DNA of 50,649 nucleotides from a virus. Taxonomy: Duplodnaviria; Caudoviricetes. Made by a program: the position numbers and the translations under genes. Below, one piece after another: positions 35,672 to 45,578 of the stretch. The notes under the pieces were generated by a model. The model ran no database searches and was not told the origin of the DNA. It worked only from the letters and a program-made list of their open reading frames with translations. Within the stretch, counting starts at the first letter, position 1, and each line of letters begins with the position of its first letter. The DNA is taken from positions 1 through 50,649 of the IMG/VR virus record IMGVR_UViG_3300005534_000003. The stretch is one strand, 5' to 3'.

Positions 35672-37918
35672 TTACGGTTGAACCTGGAGATTCGGGTCCA
35701 TTTGTTTGGCTTTTGGCAAGTTCTGCGCGGGAATCCACTGTGCCGGTCCGCCGTCCGAGGGCTTCACGAGGACGTTCCCCTTCGCCCTGTTGAAATACTG
35801 GTCCGCCAGCTTCGCGCCGCTCGCCTGCAGCTGGGCTGAGCTTGGCTTTATGCCAAGGACCGAGGCGTTCTTCACCGCATTGTCCACGTCCGTGCCTGCC
35901 TGCGCGTGAGCCTTCATGTACAAGTCCGCGTCCTTCTCCTGCTTGGCCACTTGAGCCGACATGAGCTGAAAATACGTATTTAAGTCCTTCTTCATGGTGC
36001 CCTTCGGGGCTCCAATGAGGCTGTTCAAGTGTTCATCCACGCCATATGCGTCAGCAGCAGCGGCCTGCTTCAAGGCGTTGTCGCCCATCTGCGTCTGCAA
36101 CTGTAGCTTCTCGATCCTGTCCTGCCGAGCTTTGTCGAAGTTGGCCAGGGCCTCGTCGCGCTGGGTCTTCTCCATGCTGAATATGTTCTGGAGCGAGTGC
36201 TGCTCTCTGCCGCCCTTCGCCGCGAGTGCGTCGCCGAGGCCGGAGACGGCCTGGGCTATGATGCTGCCGATGCCATGCTGCTGCTCCTGCAGTTTGTTTG
36301 CGAGGGCCTGTCGGTCTTCCGCGTTCACGCCTTCCGTTAACTTCGACGTGTCCTGGTTGAATATGGTCTTGAGATTCGGCATGTCGCTGCTCGCTGTGCT
36401 ACTGGTCCCTCCAATGGCTGTCGAGGGAACCATCGGCGGCATCGTAGGAGTTGGGGCCGTCGGCATCGCAGCCGGAGAAATCGGCGGGGTAGCTGGACCG
36501 CCTGCTATCGGGGGTGTGGGAACCGGCAAGCTCGCGCCGGTGAGCTTATTAACTGCAGACACAGCCGGTGGGATCAGTGGTGCAGCCGCGCTTCCCGCCG
36601 CTTGGGCCGGAACCGCCGCCGCGCCTGCCGCGCTGGCCATAGGGGATGTCACCTGAGTGAGTGCCGCCTTGATCTGGTCCCAGTATGTCGGGTCGCTCGG
36701 GCTCGGGGCAGAGGGTTGCAGGCCGCTCGGCGTCGCGTCGCTGACCGAAACTCCGCCATCCGCGTACTTTTTTATGCCCATAGCCTTGTAGATTTCTTTG
36801 AGTTTGGCTTCGTGCGATAGATCGGTGAGGCTTGGCTTTTCCGGCTCCTTGTTCGCCGGTGGAATCGCGCCACCGTCGGCATGGTGCCACTTTTTCGCGT
36901 TGATGGCGAACTGCGCCCGCTTGCGGAGCGTCTCGTTGTCCGAGTTGGCTGCGTGTTCAAGCTTCTTTTCAGGAATATTTTTGTCCTCGGATACACCAAG
37001 TTCCTTATGCAAGGCTCCTTTCTTTAATCCTTCTAGGAAATGTGGCGTCTTGCCACCCTTTGCCATGTGCGCTGGATTTTCTTTCTCGCCGGTTTCTGTC
37101 GTGGTTGTGGGACCCGCCGGTGCACCCTCCATATGAGTGTCCTTCTTGACCTGCTCGGGGCTCTCGTTCTCTAAAAACGTGACGTGCGGGTAGCCACCCT
37201 CGGCGTAGCCGCCGTCGGACATGGCTCGGGCCATCATGCCGTTCGGCACGGGATGTGCCAAAGAGGATCGCATGACGGGTCCACCTTTTTCATAGTTATT
37301 CGGAGCATATTTCGAGACAGTATTGATATCCGTTGCATTGACTTTGGGCAAATCTCCTAGCTTGTCCGTTTCTTCCATGATTGGAGCGGATTGAGTAGAA
37401 GCTCCCGTCTCGGCGGGCAATAGACCCTTCTCACGCAAAATATGTTCAGGCACCGATGCAGGATCAGAACCATAGCCTAGCTTGGCTATCTCGTCAGGAT
37501 CGCCGCGCACGCCCCATAGTTTTACTTCATTGCCCGTGGGGCTTTTTTGAATTCCTTTGATAAAGGCTTCAACTTTCGGGGCACTCTCAGTCGCCGCTTC
37601 CTCCACTTTCGGGGCAATTGTGATTGCACCCTTCTCGCCCAATCCTTCAATAGCCGGAAGAGCTTCGTTAATAGCTCCTCCTTTCATGGCCGGTCCTAGC
37701 AAAAACGGCAATAGAAAATCCGTCGCGGTCGCATCCTGCACGCCAGGCTCGTTAGGGTCCGGCTTGACCTCTCCGCCTTCGGCCATGTTCTTTCCGCCGT
37801 TTGGATGCGCGTTGTGCAACGCTGCGGCGACGGCCTGGTCATGTGGATGGCCTGACGCAACCATCTCATGTATATTTTTTGCTATTACTTCTTTGGACTT
37901 TCCTTCGTGTAATGGCAT
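35672..37918 (-). CDS. Internal virion / cargo protein, polyprotein-like
   Basis: Seven xAxGG-type motifs separate short modules; helical C-terminal domain. Confidence 0.7.
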   Translation of the reverse strand: MPLHEGKSKEVIAKNIHEMVASGHPHDQAVAAALHNAHPNGGKNMAEGGEVKPDPNEPGVQDATATDFLLPFLLGPAMKGGAINEALPAIEGLGEKGAITIAPKVEEAATESAPKVEAFIKGIQKSPTGNEVKLWGVRGDPDEIAKLGYGSDPASVPEHILREKGLLPAETGASTQSAPIMEETDKLGDLPKVNATDINTVSKYAPNNYEKGGPVMRSSLAHPVPNGMMARAMSDGGYAEGGYPHVTFLENESPEQVKKDTHMEGAPAGPTTTTETGEKENPAHMAKGGKTPHFLEGLKKGALHKELGVSEDKNIPEKKLEHAANSDNETLRKRAQFAINAKKWHHADGGAIPPANKEPEKPSLTDLSHEAKLKEIYKAMGIKKYADGGVSVSDATPSGLQPSAPSPSDPTYWDQIKAALTQVTSPMASAAGAAAVPAQAAGSAAAPLIPPAVSAVNKLTGASLPVPTPPIAGGPATPPISPAAMPTAPTPTMPPMVPSTAIGGTSSTASSDMPNLKTIFNQDTSKLTEGVNAEDRQALANKLQEQQHGIGSIIAQAVSGLGDALAAKGGREQHSLQNIFSMEKTQRDEALANFDKARQDRIEKLQLQTQMGDNALKQAAAADAYGVDEHLNSLIGAPKGTMKKDLNTYFQLMSAQVAKQEKDADLYMKAHAQAGTDVDNAVKNASVLGIKPSSAQLQASGAKLADQYFNRAKGNVLVKPSDGGPAQWIPAQNLPKAKQMDPNLQVQP

Positions 37919-37919
37919 C

Positions 37920-39239
37920 TTATTTACCTCTCCGGTAGCCTTTCGTGAACGATGTCAAATCGACTTTCTTGCCCGTGCCTGGGACTGGGGCATTTTTGGC
38001 GAACTCTTCCATGTGTGGGCCATCTTTTGGCACCGAGCGCGGGATAACAAGCTCCCCTGGGCTCAAAAGCGCGGGCACTGTGTCGTTCTCCTCACTGTCG
38101 CCTTCTACCTTGGCATGTCCGCTGATATGGCCGCCAAGTTTCATACAAATCGCATGATCGTGCGCCACACCACCGTCTGCATAGCAGGTGTAGCCACCCT
38201 TAGAATAACCGATTACTCCACCGTTGGCTAATGGTTTATACTGGTTCGGGTTTGTCGGTGTTGAGATGGGTTGTCCCTGATTTTGTCCGATCACTTTAGA
38301 TGCCTGCCCGCCGATTGCTGCACCGACCGGACCGCCAATGGCAGCTCCGCCGATTGTCCCTGCCGCTCCGAGTAACGATCCTGCAAATCCCAAGTTCGCG
38401 TTCGTGGCGTTCTGGGCTGCGCCCGCCTGTTGTTGGCTCACTCCGGCTATTCCAGCCGCCTTGTTTAACTCATTGTTGAATTGCTGCTGAGGAAGAGCCG
38501 CATTGTAGTAAACTTTATTTTGTCCAGCGGCAGTATTGGCTGCGTTGACGCCTTGCGCTGTGTTCGTGTTGAATTCACCAGTTTGAATTTGATTTGCCAC
38601 ATTGCCAGTATTTGCGGTATTTATGTAGCCCTGATTTACTGCATTAATTTGATTCTGAGCCGCAGCCTTGGCCGCAGCCTGCGCATAGTCTGAGGCGTTC
38701 ACGCCCCCGCCGATGTTCGCCATAGCGTTTAGAGCGGCTTCCCGATTGGCCTCCGCCATAGCGGCGGTCTGCAGTCCCTGCTCCGCTCCCGTGTTTGATG
38801 CGCCCTGCGCCGCGATGGCTCGTTGCGTGAGAGCGAAGTCCCCTCCTCCTTGGCCTTCGGCTTGGGCTGCGTTCATAATCGCGCCTTGCGCTCCTCGTGA
38901 CTGTGTATTGGCAGCATCAATGGCCTGCTGAAGAGCTAACTTGGCGTTTGCGTCAAGACCGCCCGCATTTGCGATGTCCGTATACTGACCTAAAGCTGCC
39001 ATTTGGGCGGCTCTTGTTGCGGGATCGAGGGAAATATTGTTGTAGGCCGATGGGGCTTGCTCTGCCACCTGGATGGGGGCCGGAGTGACAGTTCCCTGCA
39101 CCGACTCCATAGGGAGGTTCCCCACCGTCTCGGAGGCGATGGTAGGCACATTGGCGTTTTGATAGGCCGCTAGGGCCTGTTGCAGATATTTTTGCGACTC
39201 CGTGTCGGAAGAGCCGAATAGATTGTCGAATAAGCCCAT
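37920..39239 (-). CDS. Internal virion / pilot-like protein with C-terminal DTVPALLSPGELVIP domain
   Basis: MGLFDNLFG start, Ala/Gln/Asn helices, glycine-zipper segment and clustered xxGG motifs. Confidence 0.7.
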   Translation of the reverse strand: MGLFDNLFGSSDTESQKYLQQALAAYQNANVPTIASETVGNLPMESVQGTVTPAPIQVAEQAPSAYNNISLDPATRAAQMAALGQYTDIANAGGLDANAKLALQQAIDAANTQSRGAQGAIMNAAQAEGQGGGDFALTQRAIAAQGASNTGAEQGLQTAAMAEANREAALNAMANIGGGVNASDYAQAAAKAAAQNQINAVNQGYINTANTGNVANQIQTGEFNTNTAQGVNAANTAAGQNKVYYNAALPQQQFNNELNKAAGIAGVSQQQAGAAQNATNANLGFAGSLLGAAGTIGGAAIGGPVGAAIGGQASKVIGQNQGQPISTPTNPNQYKPLANGGVIGYSKGGYTCYADGGVAHDHAICMKLGGHISGHAKVEGDSEENDTVPALLSPGELVIPRSVPKDGPHMEEFAKNAPVPGTGKKVDLTSFTKGYRRGK

Positions 39240-39240
39240 G

Positions 39241-39459
39241 TTAGCGTACTCCTGTTGGAAGCCTGTTTATCAGTCCTTGGAACGGCGGCTGGGACTGTTG
39301 CTTTGTCTTCATATATTGCTGCATTGCTGCTAGAAATTGAGCATCGTTCACGTCAGGAAATTCTTTTGCAAACTTTTTGATGGCCTCCATGAGTTGTGGC
39401 TCGGACGCTTTTGGCATCGTGTTCTTTAGAACTTTCAGGACATTTTGCACATTAATCAT
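39241..39459 (-). CDS. Small hypothetical protein
   Basis: Exactly fills the gap between two virion genes. Confidence 0.6.
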   Translation of the reverse strand: MINVQNVLKVLKNTMPKASEPQLMEAIKKFAKEFPDVNDAQFLAAMQQYMKTKQQSQPPFQGLINRLPTGVR

Positions 39460-41367
39460 CTAAAAGAGACCTCCAAAAAAGTCACCGATTTTTCCCAGAA
39501 CATTTTGGACGGACGATCCGAGACTCTTGATAACACTTGGGTCAAACATCAAAGACCCAAGGCCCAAAGTTCCTATGGAGGCGGCTATGTTCCCGATATT
39601 GTTCTGCGTAAGATTTTGGTAGATTCTGTTCCCCGCCTCAGCGGCCACGGTGGGAATTGTTGCCACCCCACTCGCTAGACCGGCATTTCTCAATGTTCGC
39701 AGAGTGTTATCGTTCGCAGGAGTTGGAGCAGACGGAAGACTTATGCTGCCTACGGGTGCCAAGTCGGCCTGCAATTTTGTGAGGAGATTGTTGTAGTTTG
39801 TGGCTGTCTGCGGAACCCATCCTATGCCCTGTGCTGCTCCAGGTTTTGCAGCATCTCCCGCATTTGCCTTTTGAACGGCGGCATTTGCCTGTTGTTGTAA
39901 GGCCTGCCATGCTGGATTGGGTACTGATTGTTGGATCGTTGGTGGTTGGCCGTGGCCAGAAGAGGGATTTCTTACTGTTTGTGTGATCGTAGCGGGCACC
40001 TTGTTGCCGTTCGCGTCATAGAGGACTGGATTGTTTTGGGGAGTCACGGGAGTGTAGATGTTTGGTGTGCTTTCTCCCGTTATCTTCATAAAGTCTTGTC
40101 GTCCGGCGTCGGCATTCGCCTGTGCTGCCTGAAAGGGAGCCATCGCCTTCGTAATCTGGCCGCCAATGCCGGAAAGCTCACTCGTCATCGCTGCTGGCAC
40201 TGCACCATTGCTCAAAGCAGCCAATATATTTTGATAGTCAACCGGAAGAGCCGTACCAGCTTGCGAAGCGGTGCTCGCGTTGATATTCGTGCTTACGGGA
40301 TTCGGGCCATTCAGCGTCTGCAAGGCAGCTGCAGTGGTGTAGTCCTGGGGCGTTGCCACCTGGGCCAATGTTGGAGCCCCGCCATATGGCTGCAAATTCA
40401 TCCATGCACTAAAATCGGCGGTGGTGGGATTCGTTATCTGCGGATTTGCCCGCAGGAAGTCCTGAACGTCCGCATTGTAGGACGTGGCCGCGCCCGTTAA
40501 GGCAGACACGTCCTTGTTGTATCCGGCGATGTTCCCTTGGGCGGTGGTCAGCTCATTGCCCACCTGGGCGTTCAAAGCGGCTGTTTGGTCGGCTATGGCT
40601 TTGTTCGCCGCCGCGTTGGCCGATGATATGTCGCCCTTCGTCTGTGCGATGTTCTTGTTCACGTCCGCCGCGCCGCCGCTGAGGCTCGTCAGTAGATTCG
40701 AGAATGGGTCATAGGCAGTTTCTACAGAATTCAAGGCTGTCGGACTTTGGGACAAAATCGCGCTGTCAAGAGCAGTCACGCCAGGACTTTTCACCTGTTC
40801 CGCGTTTTGCAGAAGCCCCTCGCGTCCCGCCTCGGTTTTTGTAGCATTTTGTCCCTGGGCGATGGCTTGGTTTATAGCCGTCTGCTGATTTTGATACTGA
40901 TTCGTGCTCTCGGCAGATGCGGGACCGTTGTATGTCGCGTTCAACAGCTTTTGAAAAGAAGGGATATTACTCGGATTGCTAGCGAAGGATACTGGGTTGG
41001 CCGATTCCGCCGCTATCGTCTCACTGGCATTCGGGACGGCATTGGCCGACACCTGTTTTCCGATGTCGCCTAAAGTGGAAGTATTTTGTGTGGCCAAGTT
41101 TTGATACTGCTTGTTGATGCCGCCAGTAATTTGTCCGGCTAGGGGTTCTGCTTGTCCCTGGTTGGCCGTGAGATATTGGTTTAAAGTAGCAAATTGACCG
41201 CCAGCCGACGTTGGCGTAGTACCGCTTGGTTGTGGACCGCCACCAGCCGGAGCCACAGACGTGGAAGGAGCAAGGTGAACCGCACCTCCTCCGCCGATTG
41301 GTGAGACTGGACCGGAAGGAGCGGTCATTTGGTCCTTTTCTTGATCCATGTTTTCAACGAATGGCAT
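39460..41367 (-). CDS. Internal virion / ejection protein
   Basis: Ala/Gln/Asn/Thr-rich helical protein with hydrophobic C-terminus; AGGAG RBS. Confidence 0.65.
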   Translation of the reverse strand: MPFVENMDQEKDQMTAPSGPVSPIGGGGAVHLAPSTSVAPAGGGPQPSGTTPTSAGGQFATLNQYLTANQGQAEPLAGQITGGINKQYQNLATQNTSTLGDIGKQVSANAVPNASETIAAESANPVSFASNPSNIPSFQKLLNATYNGPASAESTNQYQNQQTAINQAIAQGQNATKTEAGREGLLQNAEQVKSPGVTALDSAILSQSPTALNSVETAYDPFSNLLTSLSGGAADVNKNIAQTKGDISSANAAANKAIADQTAALNAQVGNELTTAQGNIAGYNKDVSALTGAATSYNADVQDFLRANPQITNPTTADFSAWMNLQPYGGAPTLAQVATPQDYTTAAALQTLNGPNPVSTNINASTASQAGTALPVDYQNILAALSNGAVPAAMTSELSGIGGQITKAMAPFQAAQANADAGRQDFMKITGESTPNIYTPVTPQNNPVLYDANGNKVPATITQTVRNPSSGHGQPPTIQQSVPNPAWQALQQQANAAVQKANAGDAAKPGAAQGIGWVPQTATNYNNLLTKLQADLAPVGSISLPSAPTPANDNTLRTLRNAGLASGVATIPTVAAEAGNRIYQNLTQNNIGNIAASIGTLGLGSLMFDPSVIKSLGSSVQNVLGKIGDFFGGLF

Positions 41368-41376
41368 TTAATTCTC

Positions 41377-41802
41377 CTAATTGACTATCGGGGCCCAGCG
41401 GATTTCTACTGTTATACTGTACGTCACTCCGTCTGTGAGACCACAAATTCCCAAAATATTGAGTAGTCCATTGGCGAATGACCAACTCACGAAGGGAGCA
41501 GTCGTAAATATTGGACTTGATCCATCTGTCGGAACAATTTTACCAAGGGTCAAGCGACTCGGTTGATACGAAAACAGCGTGAGAAAGCTGAACACGTTGT
41601 TGCTCGGCGTGGACGAGCCCGTCAACGTGAATGTCTTCACCTGACAAATATCGTTTTGCTCCGGCGTGAGCTGATTCTGCAGACCATAGTATATCTGTTG
41701 AAAGTATAGATTAATCGCGTAGAGCAACTTCTGCTTCCAACTTCCTTTTGGAGCATCCTGCAAATCTTCCTCAGTTATGCGCCTGTACGTTGGAAGTATC
41801 AT
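41377..41802 (-). CDS. Tail-associated protein (141 aa)
   Basis: Start reassigned to MILPTYRR, TAATG-coupled to the nozzle stop. Confidence 0.65.
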   Translation of the reverse strand: MILPTYRRITEEDLQDAPKGSWKQKLLYAINLYFQQIYYGLQNQLTPEQNDICQVKTFTLTGSSTPSNNVFSFLTLFSYQPSRLTLGKIVPTDGSSPIFTTAPFVSWSFANGLLNILGICGLTDGVTYSITVEIRWAPIVN

Positions 41803-44633
41803 TATTTGCTCCGAGTCGTAACGTCCGTGTATTGAACCACACAACCACCATACGTGAATCCCACCATCGCCTGATTCAAGCTGAGCGACAAATTGAGCCA
41901 ATGGGCACGTCGAGCGTATATTGGGACGTATGTGCGAACGGATGATACGGCGAATGGGTCCAAGCCGCCCCAAGGAATTTGCCCCCAGGGAAATTGACCC
42001 CATCCCACAGATGTCCCCACCGGCACAAGGGGTATGGTGGTTGCGCTCGCCAAAAAATCACTGGAAAAACTCACGCCCACGGAAGTAAACTGAACATTCT
42101 GGAAGAAAAACTGCACTTCCTTGAAAAACTTTATAAGACTTGGATTCCCAGGCATGTTTGCATATGCGCCTGTTCCGCTTATCGGGCAATACCGCACCGC
42201 CACCGGAATGGGTTGTTCTATAGCAGTAAATGGAGTTCCGGTCAAATCCCAAATAATTGTGTCTGCAACAGTAATCTGCGTGGAATTTAAAATGCCGGTG
42301 ATGACCGATATATTCTTAACCTGCGATATGGAATTCCCCGTTCCTGCTATCAGCTGAACAAGGCTCCATCCTAGTTGCACTTGTGAAGTGTCTGTTAAGG
42401 TCACCGTAGTACCACTAAAACCAGTAATTATCACGGGAAGCTCAACATCCGCGAAGTCTATGCGCGTGAACGTCTTCCGCTCCTGAAACACATACGGATA
42501 AGCGGTGGATGCGGATGTCACATACAATCGCTGCTCTGTCGGGCTCTCAAGAATATCCCATACAGGAATCGGATAGAGATAGGTGGTCCATGACTCAGTG
42601 ATGGTGTCATAGACGTACTGGATCGTGGCCTTCTGGAATTTGTCAGCAGAAGAAATCGTGCTCATCAGGTACTTTCTGTCCGTCTGATACGCCGTTCCGA
42701 ACGTCACCACGGGAAAATTTGGGTATAAAACGGAGCTTATTGGCTGAAGGATGTTCTCGATGGGCCGAGATATGATCCCTGGTCCCGTCTCCGATATGGC
42801 CACGACGCCTTGGTTCGTGTACGCGAACACCTGGTTGTTCATCACGGCGCACGATTCTGGTGCGGTCAATATAGTGCCAGTGTCCAACGTCGTCACCGTG
42901 AATGGAAACGTGGTTCCCGTGAGCTGGAACAATCCATCCTGCTTCAACACGATGACGCTGTTTCTTAGAGGAAGACAACGAAGCCACTCAAAGTTCGGAT
43001 TGCCGACATTTATGGTGTTCGCCAAGGGCACAGCCTCTGGCTGCTGGAACTTAGAACAAAAGCCCATTCCCTTTCCACCACCAGCCAACGATATGGAGCC
43101 TACGGATATGTCCTGCGCCGTACCGGTGGTGAAACCAGTCGTATTCGCCACAACAAGATGAGTAGCATCCATCACGGTGGTCACCGTGGTCGCGAACGTA
43201 CTTTGCGTGATGGTGTCTCCAGCTGTTATTCCAGTGGTAGAAACAACTGTCAAATGGGTCATGTCAACTACCGTGGAAATCGTGAAGTTTAGAATCGGCT
43301 GCAACGCCGGAGTCCAGCACGTTGACCGCGAGGAAAACACGTAGAATGGACCACCGCCTACGCCCTGTTCTTGCAAGAAGAAGTCCCCTGGCAGTGACGT
43401 GGTATTGTTCGGGTCCGTTGCGTCAAAAGCATACACGAGCGTCTGCGACTGCCTATTAAGCACGTGGATCAATGATTGTTTGGTCTGAACAAGGTCGCTT
43501 CCAGGGGTGCCGCCGGAGAAAACCTGAAATTGGCCCAGGCCTATGTTTTCACTCGCGGCTCCCGTGAGGATGAACTGTGTGGCCCCGTTCGCCACGGTGA
43601 AGGTGTCCCCAATTTGGATGCCATTTGGCGGCTCGGATGATAAAAGCGATAGGAGAAACTTCTGCTGCGTTGTACAAGAACCATATATCACATAGCCAAA
43701 GTAAAAACAAAGATCATTGGAAAGCGGAGGAATCGTGTTGGCCTGGGCGATTCCTTGCTGGCCGGAGTTCGTGTAAAGGGCCGCGCCGAGCTGGCTTTGC
43801 GGAACTGTGTCCTTTACCGTGAAAAATCCGTTGGATATGTCCGTCGAAGTGGGATTTCCCTGCAAGACTTCCTGCAACTCGTCCGACGGAGCTGTTGTTC
43901 CAGTTGCTGACATGGGGGAGCGATATATCTTCCATTGCTGGGCTGTTGTCGCGCCATGCGGGATGGTGAACGTGAGCTGCACGTTTCGACTGCCGCCAGA
44001 ATTGTTGGCAATAACGACACGCGTGCTTGGCGCGCCTTCCACTGCGTTATGGTTCGCATCGGTGAATGTCCATGTTATCCGATAGGCCACTTCTGTGTTC
44101 GTGGACATGAATCCCGCGACATCGGTAAGGGCCGCCGATCCATCCAACCCTGGCAATCCACCAGCAGAATAGAGGGGATTTGCCGGAGCATCCGTCTTCA
44201 ATATGCCATTCGCCGATGTTAGATAGAGATTGTTGTTGCTCTGCGTCGAACGATATGTGTCCGTTAATTTATATGCAGGGGAAGGAAATGGGTGGGTCGT
44301 TTGCACCCACGTCCCGAGGCCGTCGCTGTCATAGGCGAAGTAGGCCCTTGCCGCGCTTGCTATTGCTGCCGTGGAATCCCCATACCATATGAGTTTTGTA
44401 CCCTTGTAGAAGAACTCCTGAAAAATCTCCGTGTTCGGGTTTCCCGTGAGCGTCGCAAGATTCGTGCCAAATTGTTTGATGCCTCGGCGCACGCTAAGGA
44501 GGCCATTGTAGTCTACAACAACATTCTGAGCCTGTAGCAAGGAACCCTTCGGCACCTGCGACAGACTATTGGGCATCGTGAATAGGCCCTTACAGTCGAG
44601 TTGTATGTATTGTGGATCTGTCTGTAGAGTCAA
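41802..44633 (-). CDS. Tail nozzle / tubular protein B-like (packaged-DNA stabilisation)
   Basis: 943 aa beta-rich protein, AQNVVVD..G.LSVRRG N-terminal motif; follows the adaptor gene. Confidence 0.65.
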   Translation of the reverse strand: MTLQTDPQYIQLDCKGLFTMPNSLSQVPKGSLLQAQNVVVDYNGLLSVRRGIKQFGTNLATLTGNPNTEIFQEFFYKGTKLIWYGDSTAAIASAARAYFAYDSDGLGTWVQTTHPFPSPAYKLTDTYRSTQSNNNLYLTSANGILKTDAPANPLYSAGGLPGLDGSAALTDVAGFMSTNTEVAYRITWTFTDANHNAVEGAPSTRVVIANNSGGSRNVQLTFTIPHGATTAQQWKIYRSPMSATGTTAPSDELQEVLQGNPTSTDISNGFFTVKDTVPQSQLGAALYTNSGQQGIAQANTIPPLSNDLCFYFGYVIYGSCTTQQKFLLSLLSSEPPNGIQIGDTFTVANGATQFILTGAASENIGLGQFQVFSGGTPGSDLVQTKQSLIHVLNRQSQTLVYAFDATDPNNTTSLPGDFFLQEQGVGGGPFYVFSSRSTCWTPALQPILNFTISTVVDMTHLTVVSTTGITAGDTITQSTFATTVTTVMDATHLVVANTTGFTTGTAQDISVGSISLAGGGKGMGFCSKFQQPEAVPLANTINVGNPNFEWLRCLPLRNSVIVLKQDGLFQLTGTTFPFTVTTLDTGTILTAPESCAVMNNQVFAYTNQGVVAISETGPGIISRPIENILQPISSVLYPNFPVVTFGTAYQTDRKYLMSTISSADKFQKATIQYVYDTITESWTTYLYPIPVWDILESPTEQRLYVTSASTAYPYVFQERKTFTRIDFADVELPVIITGFSGTTVTLTDTSQVQLGWSLVQLIAGTGNSISQVKNISVITGILNSTQITVADTIIWDLTGTPFTAIEQPIPVAVRYCPISGTGAYANMPGNPSLIKFFKEVQFFFQNVQFTSVGVSFSSDFLASATTIPLVPVGTSVGWGQFPWGQIPWGGLDPFAVSSVRTYVPIYARRAHWLNLSLSLNQAMVGFTYGGCVVQYTDVTTRSK

Positions 44634-44642
44634 ATTGAACCT

Positions 44643-45569
44643 CTAGTCCCAGGCGTAAAGAGAATTGGGCGTCGTCAAGCGAATAACATTGCCATCTACG
44701 CGAGGTGTTATAACTGAAATAAAGAACTCTTTCATGTCGGTCGCTTGTGACATAGCCACATTAAATCCTTGAGTGTCTCCGTGAATCTCAAGGCATTTGG
44801 CCGCCGAGAGTTGGAGCAATAGCTGAAAGCCAGGCTTGAATGGAATCTGCGGGATCGGCGATTGCATGGCAAGACAAACCCAGTCACCCACTTGAACCGT
44901 AGGAGGCAACGCAGTGAAAGTTATGTTGCTGCCAGTGATGTTAGTGACAGTCAAGTCATCGCCCTGGCTTACGAACATCTGAGGGCTATTCGACACAATG
45001 TCATAGGTCACGCTAGTCGTGAATGTCAACGGAACATTGCCGACCGTCACCACGTTTCCAGTAATGGCCGTGATCTGCCCGCAATTCGTGGAAAGCACGA
45101 GCGTGCTGGGCATTCTGACATATCGCAAACGGAGAAACTTGTAGGCTTGGCTTGTTCCAGTGAAGCTTCCCAAATAGAGCACGCATTTGTCATTCTGCAG
45201 ATAGAAACCCCATAAGGCGGGATTGATTGCCAAACCCGTGGAGTTGACGTTCGACATGATGTCCTCAGGTCGTAAGCGGGGAATGCGAATCTCATTGTTG
45301 TTCGAGTCCACGAATGAGACGGATCGCAGCTTGTCCGCCGTGGCCCGCACGGGAAGCGGATATACGGTCACGCTTTGATTGTATGGAATGTCGGCTGGGA
45401 CAATGAAGTATTCCTCCGCTTGGTTGTCGATCAACGGAAGAATCTTCGAACTCATCTCAAAGTCCATAATGTTCGTGAGGTCCATGTCCGAGAACAATGC
45501 CTGGACAGATGGCATGAGCGGAAGAAGACGAAGCATGGTTAAAAGAGAATCAACAGTATATGGAGACAT
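44643..45569 (-). CDS. Head-tail adaptor / tail tubular protein A-like
   Basis: Helical N- and C-termini around a beta domain (YPLP...LRLRYVRMP...PQIP); positional support. Confidence 0.6.
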   Translation of the reverse strand: MSPYTVDSLLTMLRLLPLMPSVQALFSDMDLTNIMDFEMSSKILPLIDNQAEEYFIVPADIPYNQSVTVYPLPVRATADKLRSVSFVDSNNNEIRIPRLRPEDIMSNVNSTGLAINPALWGFYLQNDKCVLYLGSFTGTSQAYKFLRLRYVRMPSTLVLSTNCGQITAITGNVVTVGNVPLTFTTSVTYDIVSNSPQMFVSQGDDLTVTNITGSNITFTALPPTVQVGDWVCLAMQSPIPQIPFKPGFQLLLQLSAAKCLEIHGDTQGFNVAMSQATDMKEFFISVITPRVDGNVIRLTTPNSLYAWD

Positions 45570-45578
45570 TCTAGCTCC

